Origin: Macrostomum lignano
Taxonomy: Eukaryota
Assembly: GCA_002269645.1 (NCBI GenBank)
Contig: NIVC01002014.1
Coordinates: forward strand, 62,001 to 126,000
Length of the DNA stretch: 64,000 nt
Direction of reading: 5' to 3'
Shown: positions 13,530-25,574 of the stretch, piece by piece
How positions within the stretch are numbered: the stretch's first letter is position 1
Layout: the number at the start of each line of letters is the position of its first letter
The notes under the pieces: generated by a model
Told to the model about the DNA's origin: nothing
The model's input: the letters and a program-made list of their open reading frames with translations, nothing else
The model's database searches: none
Made by a program: the position numbers and the translations under genes

Positions 13530-14335
13530 CTGAGACAGGGGTGAGACAGTGAGAGACTGGGGTGAGACAGTGAGAGACTGGGGTGAGACAGTGAGAGACG
13601 GGTGAGACAGTGAGAGACGGGTGAGACAGTGAGAGATAGGGTTGAGACAGTGGGAGACACGGGTGAGACAGTGAGAGACAGGGTTGAGACAGTGGGAGAC
13701 ACGGGTGAGACAGTGAGAGACTGGGGTGAGACAGTGAGAGACTGGGTGAGACAGTGAGAGACTGGGTGAGACTGTGAGAGACAGGGTTGAGACAGTGAGA
13801 GACAGGGTTGAAACAGTGGGAGACACGGGTGAGACAGTGAGAGACTGGGGTGAGACAGTGAGAGACTGGGTGAGACAGTGAGAGACTGGGTGAGACAGTG
13901 AGAGACAGGGTTGAGACAGTGGGAGACACGGGTGAGACAGTGAGAGACTGGGTGAGACAGTGAGAGACTGGGTGAGACAGTGTGAGACTGGGTGAGACAG
14001 TGAGAGACAGGGGTGAGACAGTGGGATACCAGACAGGGGTGAGACAGTGAGAGACAGGGGTGAGACAGTGAGAGACTGGGGTGAGACAGTGAGAGACAGG
14101 GGTGAGATAGTGAGAGACAAGGGTGAGACAGTGAGAAACAGTAGTGAGACAACTATAAGTGGCACAGGGGTGAGACTGTGAGAAACAGGGGTGAGAGTCG
14201 AGACAGTGAGAGACTGGGGTGAGACAGTGAGAAACAGGGGTAAGACTGTGAGAAACAGGGGTGAGATAGTGAGAGACAGGGGTGAGAAAACTATAAGTGG
14301 CACAGGGGTGAGACAGTGAGAGACAGGGTGAGACA
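13530..14335. repeat. About 20-bp minisatellite GGGTGAGACAGTGAGAGAC(T/A)
   Basis: Direct reading. Confidence 0.95.
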
Positions 14336-14411
14336 ACAAACACAGGGGTAAGTACACAAGGCCATACAATGTCAGTAAGCAGGCAGGCGTCATACACAGG
14401 TCGCATGAGGT

Positions 14412-17400
14412 TCAGCAGGGGTTCTCATCTTGGTCCGCTTCCTCCGTGTCCGGGTTCACCTCGTGGGCGGTCAGCTTGGATCGCTGCAGTGGAGGCGGGT
14501 TACAAAACAGGTTCAAGTTAGGCGTTGGTGAGATGGCAGCTTGAGCACGCAAATATGTAGGTTCGAAAACTAGATACAGGACCCGCAACTCAAAATCCTG
14601 AATTATCAGCCTGAAATCCCAAATCCCTAGCCTGAAATCACAAATCCCCAGCCTGAAATCACAAATCCCCAGCCTGAAATCACAAATCCCCAGCCTGAAA
14701 TCACAAATCCCCAGCCTGAAATCCCAAACCCCAAGCCTGAGATCCCAAATCCCCAGCCAGAGATAACAAATCCCCAGCCTGAAATCCCAAATCCAGTCTG
14801 TAATCACAAATCCCCAGCCTGAAATCACAAATTATCAGCCTGAAATCCCAAATCCCCAGCCAGAGATAACAAATCTCCAGCCTGAAATCCCAAATCCAGT
14901 TTGAAATCCCAAATCCGAATCCTGACATCCTTAAATTCCAAATCCCCAGTCTGAAATCCCTAATCCCCAACCTGAAATCCCAAATCCCCAGTCTGAAATC
15001 CCAAATCCCCAGCCTGAAATCCCAAGACCCAAATCTCCAGCCAGAGATAACAAATCCCCAGTCTGAAATCCCAAATCCCCAGTCTGAAATCCCAAATCCC
15101 CAGCCTGAAATCCCTAACCTCCAGCCTGAGATCCCGAATCCCCAGTTTGAAATCCCAAATCCCCAACCTGAAGTCCCGAATCCCCATCCTGAAATCCCAA
15201 ATCCCCAGTCTGAAATTCCAAATCTCCAGTCTGAAATCCCAAATTCCCAACCTGAGATCCCAAATCCCCAGCCAGAGATAACAAATCCTCAGTCTGAAAT
15301 CCCAAATCCCCAGTCTGAAATCCCAAATCCCCAGCCTGAAATCCCTAACCTCCAGCCTGAGATCCCGAATCCCCAGTTTGAAATCCCAAATTCCCCAACC
15401 TGAAGTCCCGAATCCCCAGTCTGAAGTCCCGAATCCCCAGTCTGAAATCCCAAATCCCCAACCTGAGATCCCAAATCCCCAGCCAGAGATAACAAATCCT
15501 CAGTCTGAAATCCCAAATCCCCAGTCTGAAATCCCAAATCCCCAGCCTGAAATCCCTAACCTCCAGCCTGAGATCCCGAATCCCCAGTTTGAAATCCCAA
15601 ATTCCCCAACCTGAAGTCCCGAATCCCCAGCCTGAAATCCCAAATCCCCAACCTGATATCCTAAGTCCCCAGCCTCACCGAGTTGATCTTGGGCAGGCCG
15701 GTGGCCTCAGTGGAGCGGTTCAATCGCCGGTGCCGCCTCAGGCATGCAGCAGCGAGCGCGGCGCCGGCGGCCAGGCACAGCAGGAGGCCCGACACGGCCA
15801 CCGCGGCAGCTACGAGGCTCTGCTGCTGCCCGGCCGCCGCATCGGAGCCGTCCTGAGCAGCTTCGGTGGACTCGGCCGCGACCGGCTGCTTCCGGCCGGG
15901 CTTGCGGCCAGCATCGCCGCTCGGCACGCAGACTCCGTCCTTCATCACGCTGAGCTGGTCGCACAAGCAGACGGGGCTGCCGCCAGCCTGGATGCAGATG
16001 TGACCCCTGCAGGTGCACCGCCTGCTGCCCGCCTGACCTCCCAGCGCCTGCCGCACCGAGTGGTACACCACTGCCGACAGCACCGAGCCACTGTGCTCCG
16101 GCGGCAGCACCAGCTTCAGCGGCTGGCCCGCGAATTTGTCGATGGAGTAAACGGCGCCGGCGCGCAGGTCGCTCCAGAGCAGGCGGTCCTCGAACTGCGC
16201 CAGGCCCAGCGGGATGCCGTCGTAGCCGCTGCCCATGTGCCAGATGGCCCGCCTGTCCGAGCCTGCGGGCGGGGTTTATGGCTGTGGATTGGGGTTTCTG
16301 GCTGTGGATTGGGGTTTCTGGCTGTGGATTGGGGTTTATGGCTGTGGATTGGGGTTTATGGCTGTGGATTGAGGTTTAGGGCTGTGGATTGGGGTTTATG
16401 GCTGTGGATTGGGGTTTATGGCTGTGGATTGAGGTTTAGGGCTGTGGATTGGGGTTTATGGCTGTGGATTGGGGTTTATGGCTGTGGATTGAGGTTTCTG
16501 GCTGTGGATTGGGGTTTATGGCTGTGGATTGGGGTTTATGGCTGTGGATTGAGGTTTAGGGCTGTGGATTGGGGTTTATGGCTGTGGATTGAGGTTTATG
16601 GCTGTGGATTGGGGTTTATGGCTGTGGATTGGGGTTTATGGCTGTGGATTGAGGTTTCTGGCTGTGGATTGGGGTTTCTGGCTGTGGATTGGGGTTTCTG
16701 GCTGTGGATTGGGGTTTATGGCTGTGGATTGGGGTTTATGGCTGTGGATTGAGGTTTAGGGCTGTGGATTGGGGTTTATGGCTGTGGATTGGGGTTTATG
16801 GCTGTGGATTGAGGTTTCTGGCTGTGGATTGGGGTTTATGGCTGTGGATTGAGGTTTAGGGCTGTGGATTGGGGTTTATGGCTGTGGATTGAGGTTTATG
16901 GCTGTGGATTGGGGTTTATGGCTGTGGATTGGGGTTTATGGCTGCGGATTGGGGTTTATGGCTGTGGATTGGGGTTTATGGCTCTGGGTTGGGGTTTATG
17001 GCTGTGGATTGGGGTTTATGGCTGTGGATTGCAGGGTTCATGGCTATTGGGTGGGGTTTAAAGCAAAAGGGAGAGGGGGTTTGTCCAGGGATTTATGTCC
17101 CGGGGTTTCAGACCCTGCGCCAGGCGCGCTGGATTGGAAGCCCCTAACAAACCGTTGAGCCTGGCGGAGAAGACGCCCCTCAGCTCCATGTCCAGCCAGT
17201 ACAGCCGGCCCTGCTCGCTGTCCAGCGCCAGGTGTCCGGGCGCGCCCCGGCCGCCAGTCAGCAGCGGGCGCAGCTCGGAGCCGTCCATGCGCAGGGTGTA
17301 CAGGCCGGGCCGGGCGCCGCACCACAGGCTGATGTACAGAAGGCCCCTGGCCGGGTCCGCAGCCAGGCCCCTTGGGCAGGTGAGCCTGGCCAGCCAGGTG

Positions 17401-20400
17401 TACCGGCCGTGGTCCACGTTGAGCACCCCGACGCCGCCGCTGTTGTTGCGGGCGTCGGCGGCGTCGGGCACCAGGTAGAACAGCAGGCCGCGGGTCCAGT
17501 CGTAGGCGATGGCGTCCAGCACGGCGTCGCGCATGAGGATTTCGGCCGGGGCTGCCGGGCGGTCCAGCCGCAGGCGGCCCACCTGACCGTCGCGGGTGTG
17601 GAAGAACACGAGCCGCCTGCTGGAGTCGAAGTCCAGGAACTTCACCAGCTTCAGCTCGGAGCCGCCGTCAGTCAGCTGCAATGTCGGAGCGAATTACTTT
17701 CAGCACTCACCGCTGGCTTAGCAGGGCTGGGAATATCACAAATCTCACTGTTATGCCGCATCTCATCTCATCTTATGTCACCCTATCTCACCGAATCCCC
17801 CCTATCTCACCGAATCCCCCCTATCTCCCCCTATCTCAACCTATCTCCCCCTATCTCAACCTATCTCACCGAATCTCCCCTATCTCACCGAATCCCCCTA
17901 TCTCACCGAATCCCCCTATCTCCCCCTATCTCCCCTATCTCACCGAATCCCCCTATCTCCCCCTATCTCCCCTATCTCACCGAATCCCCCTATCTCCCCC
18001 TATCTCCCCTATCTCACCGAATCTCCCTATCTCCCCCTATCTCCCCTATCTCACCGAATCCCCCTATCTCCCCCTATCTCCCCTATCTCACCGAATCTCC
18101 CTATCTCACCGAATCTCCCCTATCTCACCGAATCCCCCTATCTCCCCCTATCTCCCCTATCTCACCGAATCTCCCTATCTCCCCCTATCTCCCCTATCTC
18201 ACCGAATCCCCCTATCTCCCCCTATCTCCCCTATCTCACCGAATCTCCCTATCTCACCGAATCTCCCCTATCTCACCGAATCCCCCTATCTCACCGAATC
18301 CCCCTATCTCACCGAATCCCCCTATCTCACCGAATCCCCCTATCTCACCGAATCTCCCCTATCTCACCGAATCCCCCTATCTCCCCCTATCTCAACCTAT
18401 CTCACCGAATCCCCCCTATCTCCCCCTATCTCCCCTATCTCACCGAATCCCCCTATCTCACCGAATCTCCCCTATCTCACCGAATCCCCCTATCTCCCCC
18501 TATCTCCCCTATCTCCCCGAATCCCCCTATCTCACCGAATCCCCCTATCTCACCGAATCCCCCCTATCTCACCGAATCTCCCCTATCTTACCGAATCCCC
18601 CTATCTCCCCCTATCTCCCCTATCTCCCGAATCCCCCCTATCTCACCGAATCCCCCTATCTCACCGAATCTCCCCTATCTCACCGAATCCCCCTATCTCC
18701 CCCTATCTCCCCTATCTCCCCGAATCCCCCCTATCTCACCGAATCTCCCCTATCTCACCGAATCCCCCCTATCTCACCGAATCCCCCCTATCTCACCGAA
18801 TCCCCCCTATCTCACCGAATCTCCCCTATCTCACCGAATCTCCCTATCTCACCGAATCCCCCTATCTCACCGAATCTCCCTATCTCACCGAATCCCCCCT
18901 ATCTCACCGAATCCCCCTATCTCACCGAATCCCCCTATCTCACCGAATCCCCCTATCTCACCGAATCTCCCCTATCTCACCGAATCCCCCTATCTCACCA
19001 AATCCCCTATCTCACCAAATCCCCCTATCTCACCAAATCCCCCTATCTCACCGAATCCCCCTATCTCCCCCTATCTCAACCTATCTCATCTTATGTCACC
19101 CTATCTCACCGAATCCCCCTATCTCACCGAATCCCCCTATCTCCCCTATCTCAACCTATCTCACCCCCTATCTCACCGAATCCCCCTATCTCACCGAATC
19201 CCCCCTATCTCACCGAATCTCCCCTATCTCACCAAATCCCCTCTATCTCACCGAATCCCCCTATCTCACCGAATCTCCCCTATCTCCTCCTCATAGAATC
19301 TCCCCCTATCTCACCCCTGAGCTAGCCGAATCTCACCTAATCTCACTTATAGACATACCCATAGATCTTATTCTTACATCCCATATGAGCTTTGACACCA
19401 AAGCCTCCCTTTAAGCCATGGCTTAACCTTCACTCTCCCTGTAATGCTTGGCCTACCAACAACTCCCAATTGGCCTCTTGGCATTTCAGCAAACCCATAT
19501 AAGCCTTGAACTCTCAGCAACCCCCCACGAGCAGTTGCATATTACTGCTCCTAAGTAGCAATATAAGAATTTCGCCATATAAAATTGCGAGCTATAAAGC
19601 TGCAGTGACCAGCTCACAATTTCTGGGACTGCTCAATGCCAGTTTGAGCAACAGAGCAAATTTTGAATGGAGAGAGCCGTTAGACAATAAAAAACAAGAA
19701 TTTTTCAAAGCAGAGAAAAGTTGGCATCTTAGATAAGGCCAGAAAAAAGAAGCAGTACACAAGACGGGTCAGGAGAGAGGGTGAGCCAGACAGAGTGGCA
19801 GTGTGGGAATTGTCACGAGAATGCGAAACTGATGTCGGATGCAGAGCTCTACAGACACTGTAGGTTGAGACTCGCTCAGGTACTAACATATCAGATGGCT
19901 GACATGGGGTGAAGTAGGGTGAGCTGCAGTGAGATAAGCTTCAGGAGACAATGGTGCGAAATGAGTGAGATGGGGTGAGACAGGGTGAGGTGGGTGAGAC
20001 AGGGTGAGATGAGATGACATGAGGTGAGACAGGGTGAGATGAGATGACATGAGGTGAGACAGGGTGAGATGAGATGACATGAGGTGAGACAGGGTGAGAT
20101 GAGATGACATGAGGTGAGACAGGGTGAGATGAGATGACATGAGGTGAGACAGGGTGAAATGAGATGACATGAGGTGAGACAGGGTGAGGTAAGGTGAGAC
20201 AGGGTGAGATGAGATGACATAAGGTGAGACAGGGTGAGACAGGGTGAGATGAGGTGAGATGAGGTAAGACAGGGTCAGATGAGTTGAGACAGGGTCAGAT
20301 GAGTTGAGACAGGGTCAGATGAGGTGATACAGGGTCAGATGAGGTAAGACAGGGTCAGATGAGGTGAGACAGGGTGAGATAGGGTCAGATGAGGTAAGAT

Positions 20401-23276
20401 GAGGTGAGACAGGGTGAGATAGGGTGAGACAGGATGAGATGGGGTGAGATAGGGTGAGACAGGATGATATGGGGTGAGATAGGGTGAGACAGGATGAGAT
20501 GGGGTGAGATAGGGTGAGACAGGATGATATGGGGTGAGATAGGGTGAGACAGGATGAGATGGGGTGAGATTAGGCTCACTTTGGTGACGGCCTTCGTGTC
20601 GGAGTCGAGCAGCCTCACGCCAGCCTGGGTGGAGTAGAGCAGCTTGGCGGCTCCCACAGCCCTGCAGCGGCGGCCGTCCTTGCCATCGGGCAGGTAGCCG
20701 GGCAGGCAGGAGCAGGCCGGGCCTGTCGGGGTGCTCCGGCAGCGGTGGTCGCAGGTGCCGAACTCCTCGGTGCACTCGTCAGCCACCTGGCAGGCGCCCG
20801 CAACGGAGCGGCGGCCCGGGGGGCAGCCAGCCGAGTCTGGCAGGGCGGAAGCCGATGGGTCCGGCAGGGCGGTGGGCGCGGGCGCTGTGGCGCAGCCCCG
20901 CTCGTCGCTGCCGTCTGGGCAGTGCAGGAGGCCGTCGCAGCGCTGCTTTACTGGGATGCAGTGCTGCCCGTTCTTGCAGGTCCAGTAGGAGTCCGTGGCG
21001 CAGAGCACTCTGCGATTGGGATTGGGGAAATCACCTGTGCGACATCGCCTGAGGCAGACACCTACCTGTCTATGGGGCAGACACTCACCTGTCTATGGAA
21101 CCGACACTCACCTGTCTATGAGGCAGACACTCACCTGTCTATGGGGCAGACACTCACCTATCTATGGGGCAGACACTCACCTGTCTATGAGGCAGACACT
21201 CACTCACCTGTCTATGGGGCAGACACTCACCTGTCTATGGGGCAGACACTCACCTGTCTATGGGGCATACACTCACCTGTCTATGGGACAGACACTCACC
21301 TGTCTATGGGGCAGACACTCACCTATTTATGGAGCAGACACTCACCTGTCTATGGGGCAGACACTCACCTGTCTATGGGGCAGACACTCACCTGTCTATG
21401 GGGCATACACTCACCTGTCTATGGGACAGACACTCACCTGTCTATGGGGCAGACACTCACCTATTTATGGAGCAGACACTCACCTGTCTATGGGGCAGAC
21501 CTCGTCCTCGCCGTGCAGGCACTCGCTGATGCCATCGCAGACAAAGTTGATGGGCACGCAGGCGGGATCCCGCGGCCCCTTGCCGGTGGAGAACCTGCAG
21601 GAGAACTCGTAGCTGAAGCCGCAGTTACCGCGGCCGGGACAGCCGATCTCGTCCTGGCCGGAGCTGCAGTCGATGGTGCCGTCACAGCGCACGCTGGCTT
21701 TGAGGCAGCGCCCGTCGCAGTGGAACTCGCAGTCGGCCGCGGCCGCCCGGCAAATGTCCGGCGACTCGTCCGAGCCGTCAAAACAGTCCTTGAAGTCGTC
21801 GCAGACGAAGCTGCGGGTGACGCAGGACTTGCCGTCCAGGCAGCGGAACTGGTCGGGGCCGCAGGCTCCGCGGGCCACGGCCCCGGGCGCGGGGCAGTCC
21901 ATCTCGTCTGAGTAGTCTGCCAGGCCTGGGCGGGATGGAGAGGCGAAGCAGCGGGGTTTAAGAAAGGGATTTCTGAGGACCGGAGTCTGGGCGGCTATCA
22001 GGGCGGGACAGAGGGGCGTCATGGCGGGTATGATATGGGGGAATCGGAGGGAATAAGAAATCAGAAAGGGGATCAGGGTCAGGGAGAGGATCAGGGATCA
22101 GGGAGGAGATCAGGGAGGGGATCAGGGATCAGGGAGGGGATCAGGGATCAGGGATCAGGGAGAGGATCAGGGATCAGGGAGGAGATCAGGGAGGGGATCA
22201 GGGAGAGGATCAGGGATCAGGGAGAGGATCAGGGATCTGGGAGGAGATCAGGGAGGGGATCAGGGAGGGGATAAGGGATCAGGGAAGGGATCAGGAAGGG
22301 GATCAGGGAGGGGATAAGGGATCAGGCATCAGGGAGGGATCAGGGATCAGGGATCAGGGAGGGGATCGGGGATCAGGGAGGGGATAAGGGAGGGGATAAG
22401 GGATCAGGGAGGGGATCGGGGATCAGGGAGGGGATAAGGGAGGGGATAAGGGATCAGGGAAGGGATCAGGGAGGGGATCAGGGACAGGGAGGGGATAAGG
22501 GATCAGGGAAGGGATCAGGGAGGGGATCAGGGACAGGGAGGGGATAAGGGATCAGGGAAAGGATCAGGGAGGGGACCAGGGAGGGGATAAGGGATCAGGG
22601 ATCAGGGAGGGGATAAGGGATCAGGGATCAGGGAGGGGATAAGGGATCAGGGATCAGGGAGGGGATCGGGGATCAGGGAGGGGATAAGGGATCAGGGAGG
22701 GATCAGGGATCAGGGAGGGGAATAGGGAGGGGATCAGGGAGGGGATAAGGGATCAGGGATCAGGGAGGGGATAAGGGATCAGGGATCAGGGAGGGGATAA
22801 GGGATCAGGGATCAGGGAGGGGATCGGGGATCAGGGAGGGGATAAGGGATCAGGGAGGGATCAGGGATGAGGGAGAGGAATAGGGAGGGGATCAGGGAGG
22901 GGATTAGCAAGGGGATCACTGGCATCAGCTCACCAGTTCTCTCGCAGTCGAAGCTGCCATCGCAGCGCATGGTGGCGGGTAGGCAGTGGCCGGGGCTCTG
23001 GGCGCAGGCGAACTGTCCGTGGGCGCAGCGCCGCCGCTTGCACAGCTCCAGGGACTCGTCGGCCGCGTCAGGGCAGTGTGGCCGGCCATCGCAGACGAGG
23101 TGGTCGGCGATGCAGCGCAGAGGCTGGCTGAGGCTGGAGCTGTTCCGCTGGGGGCAGGAGAACTGGCCGGGCTCCGGGCAAGTCAGCGTGGCAGCGGAGG
23201 CTGCGGATTTTCCGACGTCGGCGGCAGCTGCAATGTACAACAGCAGGGCGATGAAGCTCAGCTGCTTGCCTGGCAT
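14412..23276 (-). CDS. LDL-receptor family protein (signal peptide, 6 LDLa, EGF, YWTD propeller, EGF, TM, short tail), about 794 aa
   Basis: Exons 22934-23276, 21484-21916, 20580-21009, 17153-17675, 15679-16262, 14412-14483. All are GT-AG with consistent phases and total 2385 nt. Shows LDLa motifs (CDGRPHCPDAADE, CDDFKDCFDGSDE, CPDGSDE), EGF_CA (DECTEEFGTCDHRC), propeller blades (AYDWTRG, LAADPARG, LALDSEQGRLYWLD, FEDRLLWSD) and a hydrophobic TM followed by RRHRR. Confidence 0.9.
14605..15672. repeat. Intronic 21-bp minisatellite CCTGAAATCCCAAATCCCCAG
   Basis: Direct reading. Higher-order duplications present. Confidence 0.95.
16272..17030. repeat. Intronic 20-bp minisatellite GGGGTTTATGGCTGTGGATT
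   Basis: Direct reading. Confidence 0.95.
17760..19320. repeat. Intronic C-rich modular repeat CTATCTCACCGAATCCCC
   Basis: Direct reading. Confidence 0.95.
19965..20570. repeat. Intronic 30-bp/10-bp repeat GTGAGACAGGGTGAGATGAGATGACATGAG
   Basis: Direct reading. Confidence 0.9.
21055..21500 (-). repeat. 23-bp minisatellite made of the exon end plus 5' splice site (GTCTGCCCCATAGACAG|GTGAGT), about 19 copies
   Basis: The first unit overlaps the last 17 nt of LDLR exon 2 and its donor. Confidence 0.9.
22060..22915. repeat. Intronic G-rich repeat (GGGATCAGGGA/GGGGATAA)
   Basis: Direct reading. Confidence 0.9.
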
Positions 23277-23747
23277 GCTTTCTAATTGCTGCTACTAGAA
23301 GAAGACTACTACGGAGAAAATGAAAGCACAGGCAGAGAAAAAGAGAACAGAGCAGAAAGAATCTCTACTCAGTGCTGTGTTCTTATTTCACAGCCCAGCC
23401 AAGACAATCAATGCCTACTCAGGACAAGGGCGGGGCAGCTGCTCCGCTCCCTCCGAGCACTGAATGGCCGCTCGCACAAAAAACCCGCCACTCCCTGTCT
23501 GCCTCTCCGCCCTCCCCCGCTCATCAAAGTCTGCTCGTCTGTTCAGCGGCTGCTCGTACCTGAGCGGGTGGGGGGCAACTGCTGGTCTCTCGCTGCATTC
23601 ACTGAATTTGCACGCACACTGCTCAGTGCTCAGCGAATCTGCTTAGGATATGCGATTGCGGAGTTTACAGAACGAAGTGAACGGTTCCGTCCATTTCCCG
23701 TGAGATTGGAGGAGCATTGGGCATTATGGGCAGGATTTCAATAATAT

Positions 23748-24750
23748 ACAGTGGGGAGGTCAACAGGCTATCCATAACAGACAGTGGGGAGGTCAACAGG
23801 CTATCCATAACAGACAGTGGGGAGGTCAACAGGCTATCCATAACAGACAGTGGGGAGGTCAACAGGCTATCCATAACAGACAGTGGGGAGGTCAACAGGC
23901 TATCCATAACAGACAGTGGGGAGGTCAACAGGCTATCCATAACAGACAGTGGGGAGGTCAACAGGCTATCCATAACAGACAGTGGGGAGGTCAACAGGCT
24001 ATCCATAACAGACAGTGGGGAGGTCAACAGGCTATCCATAACAGACAGTGGGGAGGTCAACAGGCTATCCATAACAGACAGTGGGGAGGTCAACAGGCTA
24101 TCCATAACAGACAGTGGGGAGGTCAACAGGCTATCCATAACAGACAGTGGGGAGGTCAACAGGCTATCCATAACAGACAGTGGGGAGGTCAACAGGCTAT
24201 CCATAACAGACAGTGGGGAGGTCAACAGGCTATCCATAACAGACAGTGGGGAGGTCAACAGGCTATCCATAACAGACAGTGGGGAGGTCAACAGGCTATC
24301 CATAACAGACAGTGGGGAGGTCAACAGGCTATCCATAACAGACAGTGGGGAGGTCAACAGGCTATCCATAACAGACAGTGGGGAGGTCAACAGGCTATCC
24401 ATAACAGACAGTGGGGAGGTCAACAGGCTATCCATAACAGACAGTGGGGAGGTCAACAGGCTATCCATAACAGACAGTGGGGAGGTCAACAGGCTATCCA
24501 TAACAGACAGTGGGGAGGTCAACAGGCTATCCATAACAGACAGTGGGGAGGTCAACAGGCTATCCATAACAGACAGTGGGGAGGTCAACAGGCTATCCAT
24601 AACAGACAGTGGGGAAGTCAACAGGCTATCCATAACAGACAGTGGGGAGGTCAACAGGCTATCCATAACAGACAGTGGGGATGTCAACAGGCTATCCATA
24701 ACAGACAGTGGGGAGGTCAACAGGCTATCCATAACAGACAGTGGGGAAGT
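23748..24750. repeat. Highly homogeneous 33-bp minisatellite CAGTGGGGAGGTCAACAGGCTATCCATAACAGA, about 30 copies
   Basis: Direct reading. Only a few variant bases. Confidence 0.97.
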
Positions 24751-25574
24751 CAAAGGAGCGGCTGGGAACGGGAACAGGGCGGGGTGGGAGAGGGGAGAGA
24801 CAGTAGGGCAGAGAAAAGGGTAAGGGAGGGGGAGGGAAGAGTGGAGGGTAGAGAAGAGCAGACGGGAAAGGGCAAAGGAGGGTAGTGGAGAGGGTAGGGG
24901 AGACGGAGCAGAGAGAGAGGACAGGGTAGAGAGTGGAGGTAAAGAGTAGGGAAGGGAGAGGGTAGAGGAGAGGGTAGAGAGGGTAGTGGATAGAGGAGAG
25001 GGAGACTGGAGAGTAGAGGGTAGAGATGGTAGAGGGTACAGTAGAGGGTAGAGAGGGTAGAAGACAGGGAGAGAGAGGAGGAGGGGAGGCAAGACAGCAG
25101 AGGTAGCTGGTGGAGAGCTCAAATACAAGTATTGGGCAGGTAGGCAGACAGGCAGAGCCGAGTATTTAGCTGCAGGCAAACACGGAAAAGCACAGAAGTG
25201 CAGCACAATGGCCAGGCTCAAACACACAGAATACTGCGCTGCATCAGTCAAAAAAAATTTGGCTGTTTAGTTGGACAAAAAAGATTAAAAGAACAAAAAG
25301 CACAGCGGGGTGGGGTATGGCGAGGCAAGACAGGCAGTCAGGTGAAATAGGCGGGCGGCAACTGGCCTGCCTGCAGTGCCTGCTGCCTACTCAATGGAGC
25401 GAAGAGAACGATATGGCTATTGTCCCAATGTGAATGGCCGACCAGCTACTCAAGCTCTGATAAAAAAAACAGTTCAGATTTTTGAGCTGTTTGTCTATGC
25501 AGGCTAGCAGGTAGGCGGGCTGAACACGTGAAATGGCCTGGGGGTGTGTGACTTAGTGCTTGTGCGAGCTACTT

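Noticed and set aside
17703-17750. Strong GTGAGT donor near the LDLR exon 4 acceptor
   Set aside because: No frame-preserving exon upstream, the intron would be only about 35 nt, and the propeller is already complete.
17232-19414. 697-aa and 577-aa plus-strand ORFs
   Set aside because: Antisense of an LDLR exon fused to a C-rich array that lacks stop codons.
21035-21048. Possible 14-nt micro-exon (AMSHR) after a GTCTGC donor at 21500
   Set aside because: Phase-compatible, but it removes the sixth LDLa cysteine and uses a weak donor. The 21484 donor fits better.
23665-25251. 528-aa ORF with LTSPLSVMDSL repeats and a signal-like start
   Set aside because: Begins at TTG and is explained by the 33-bp array plus a pyrimidine tract. 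The opposite strand is equally open.
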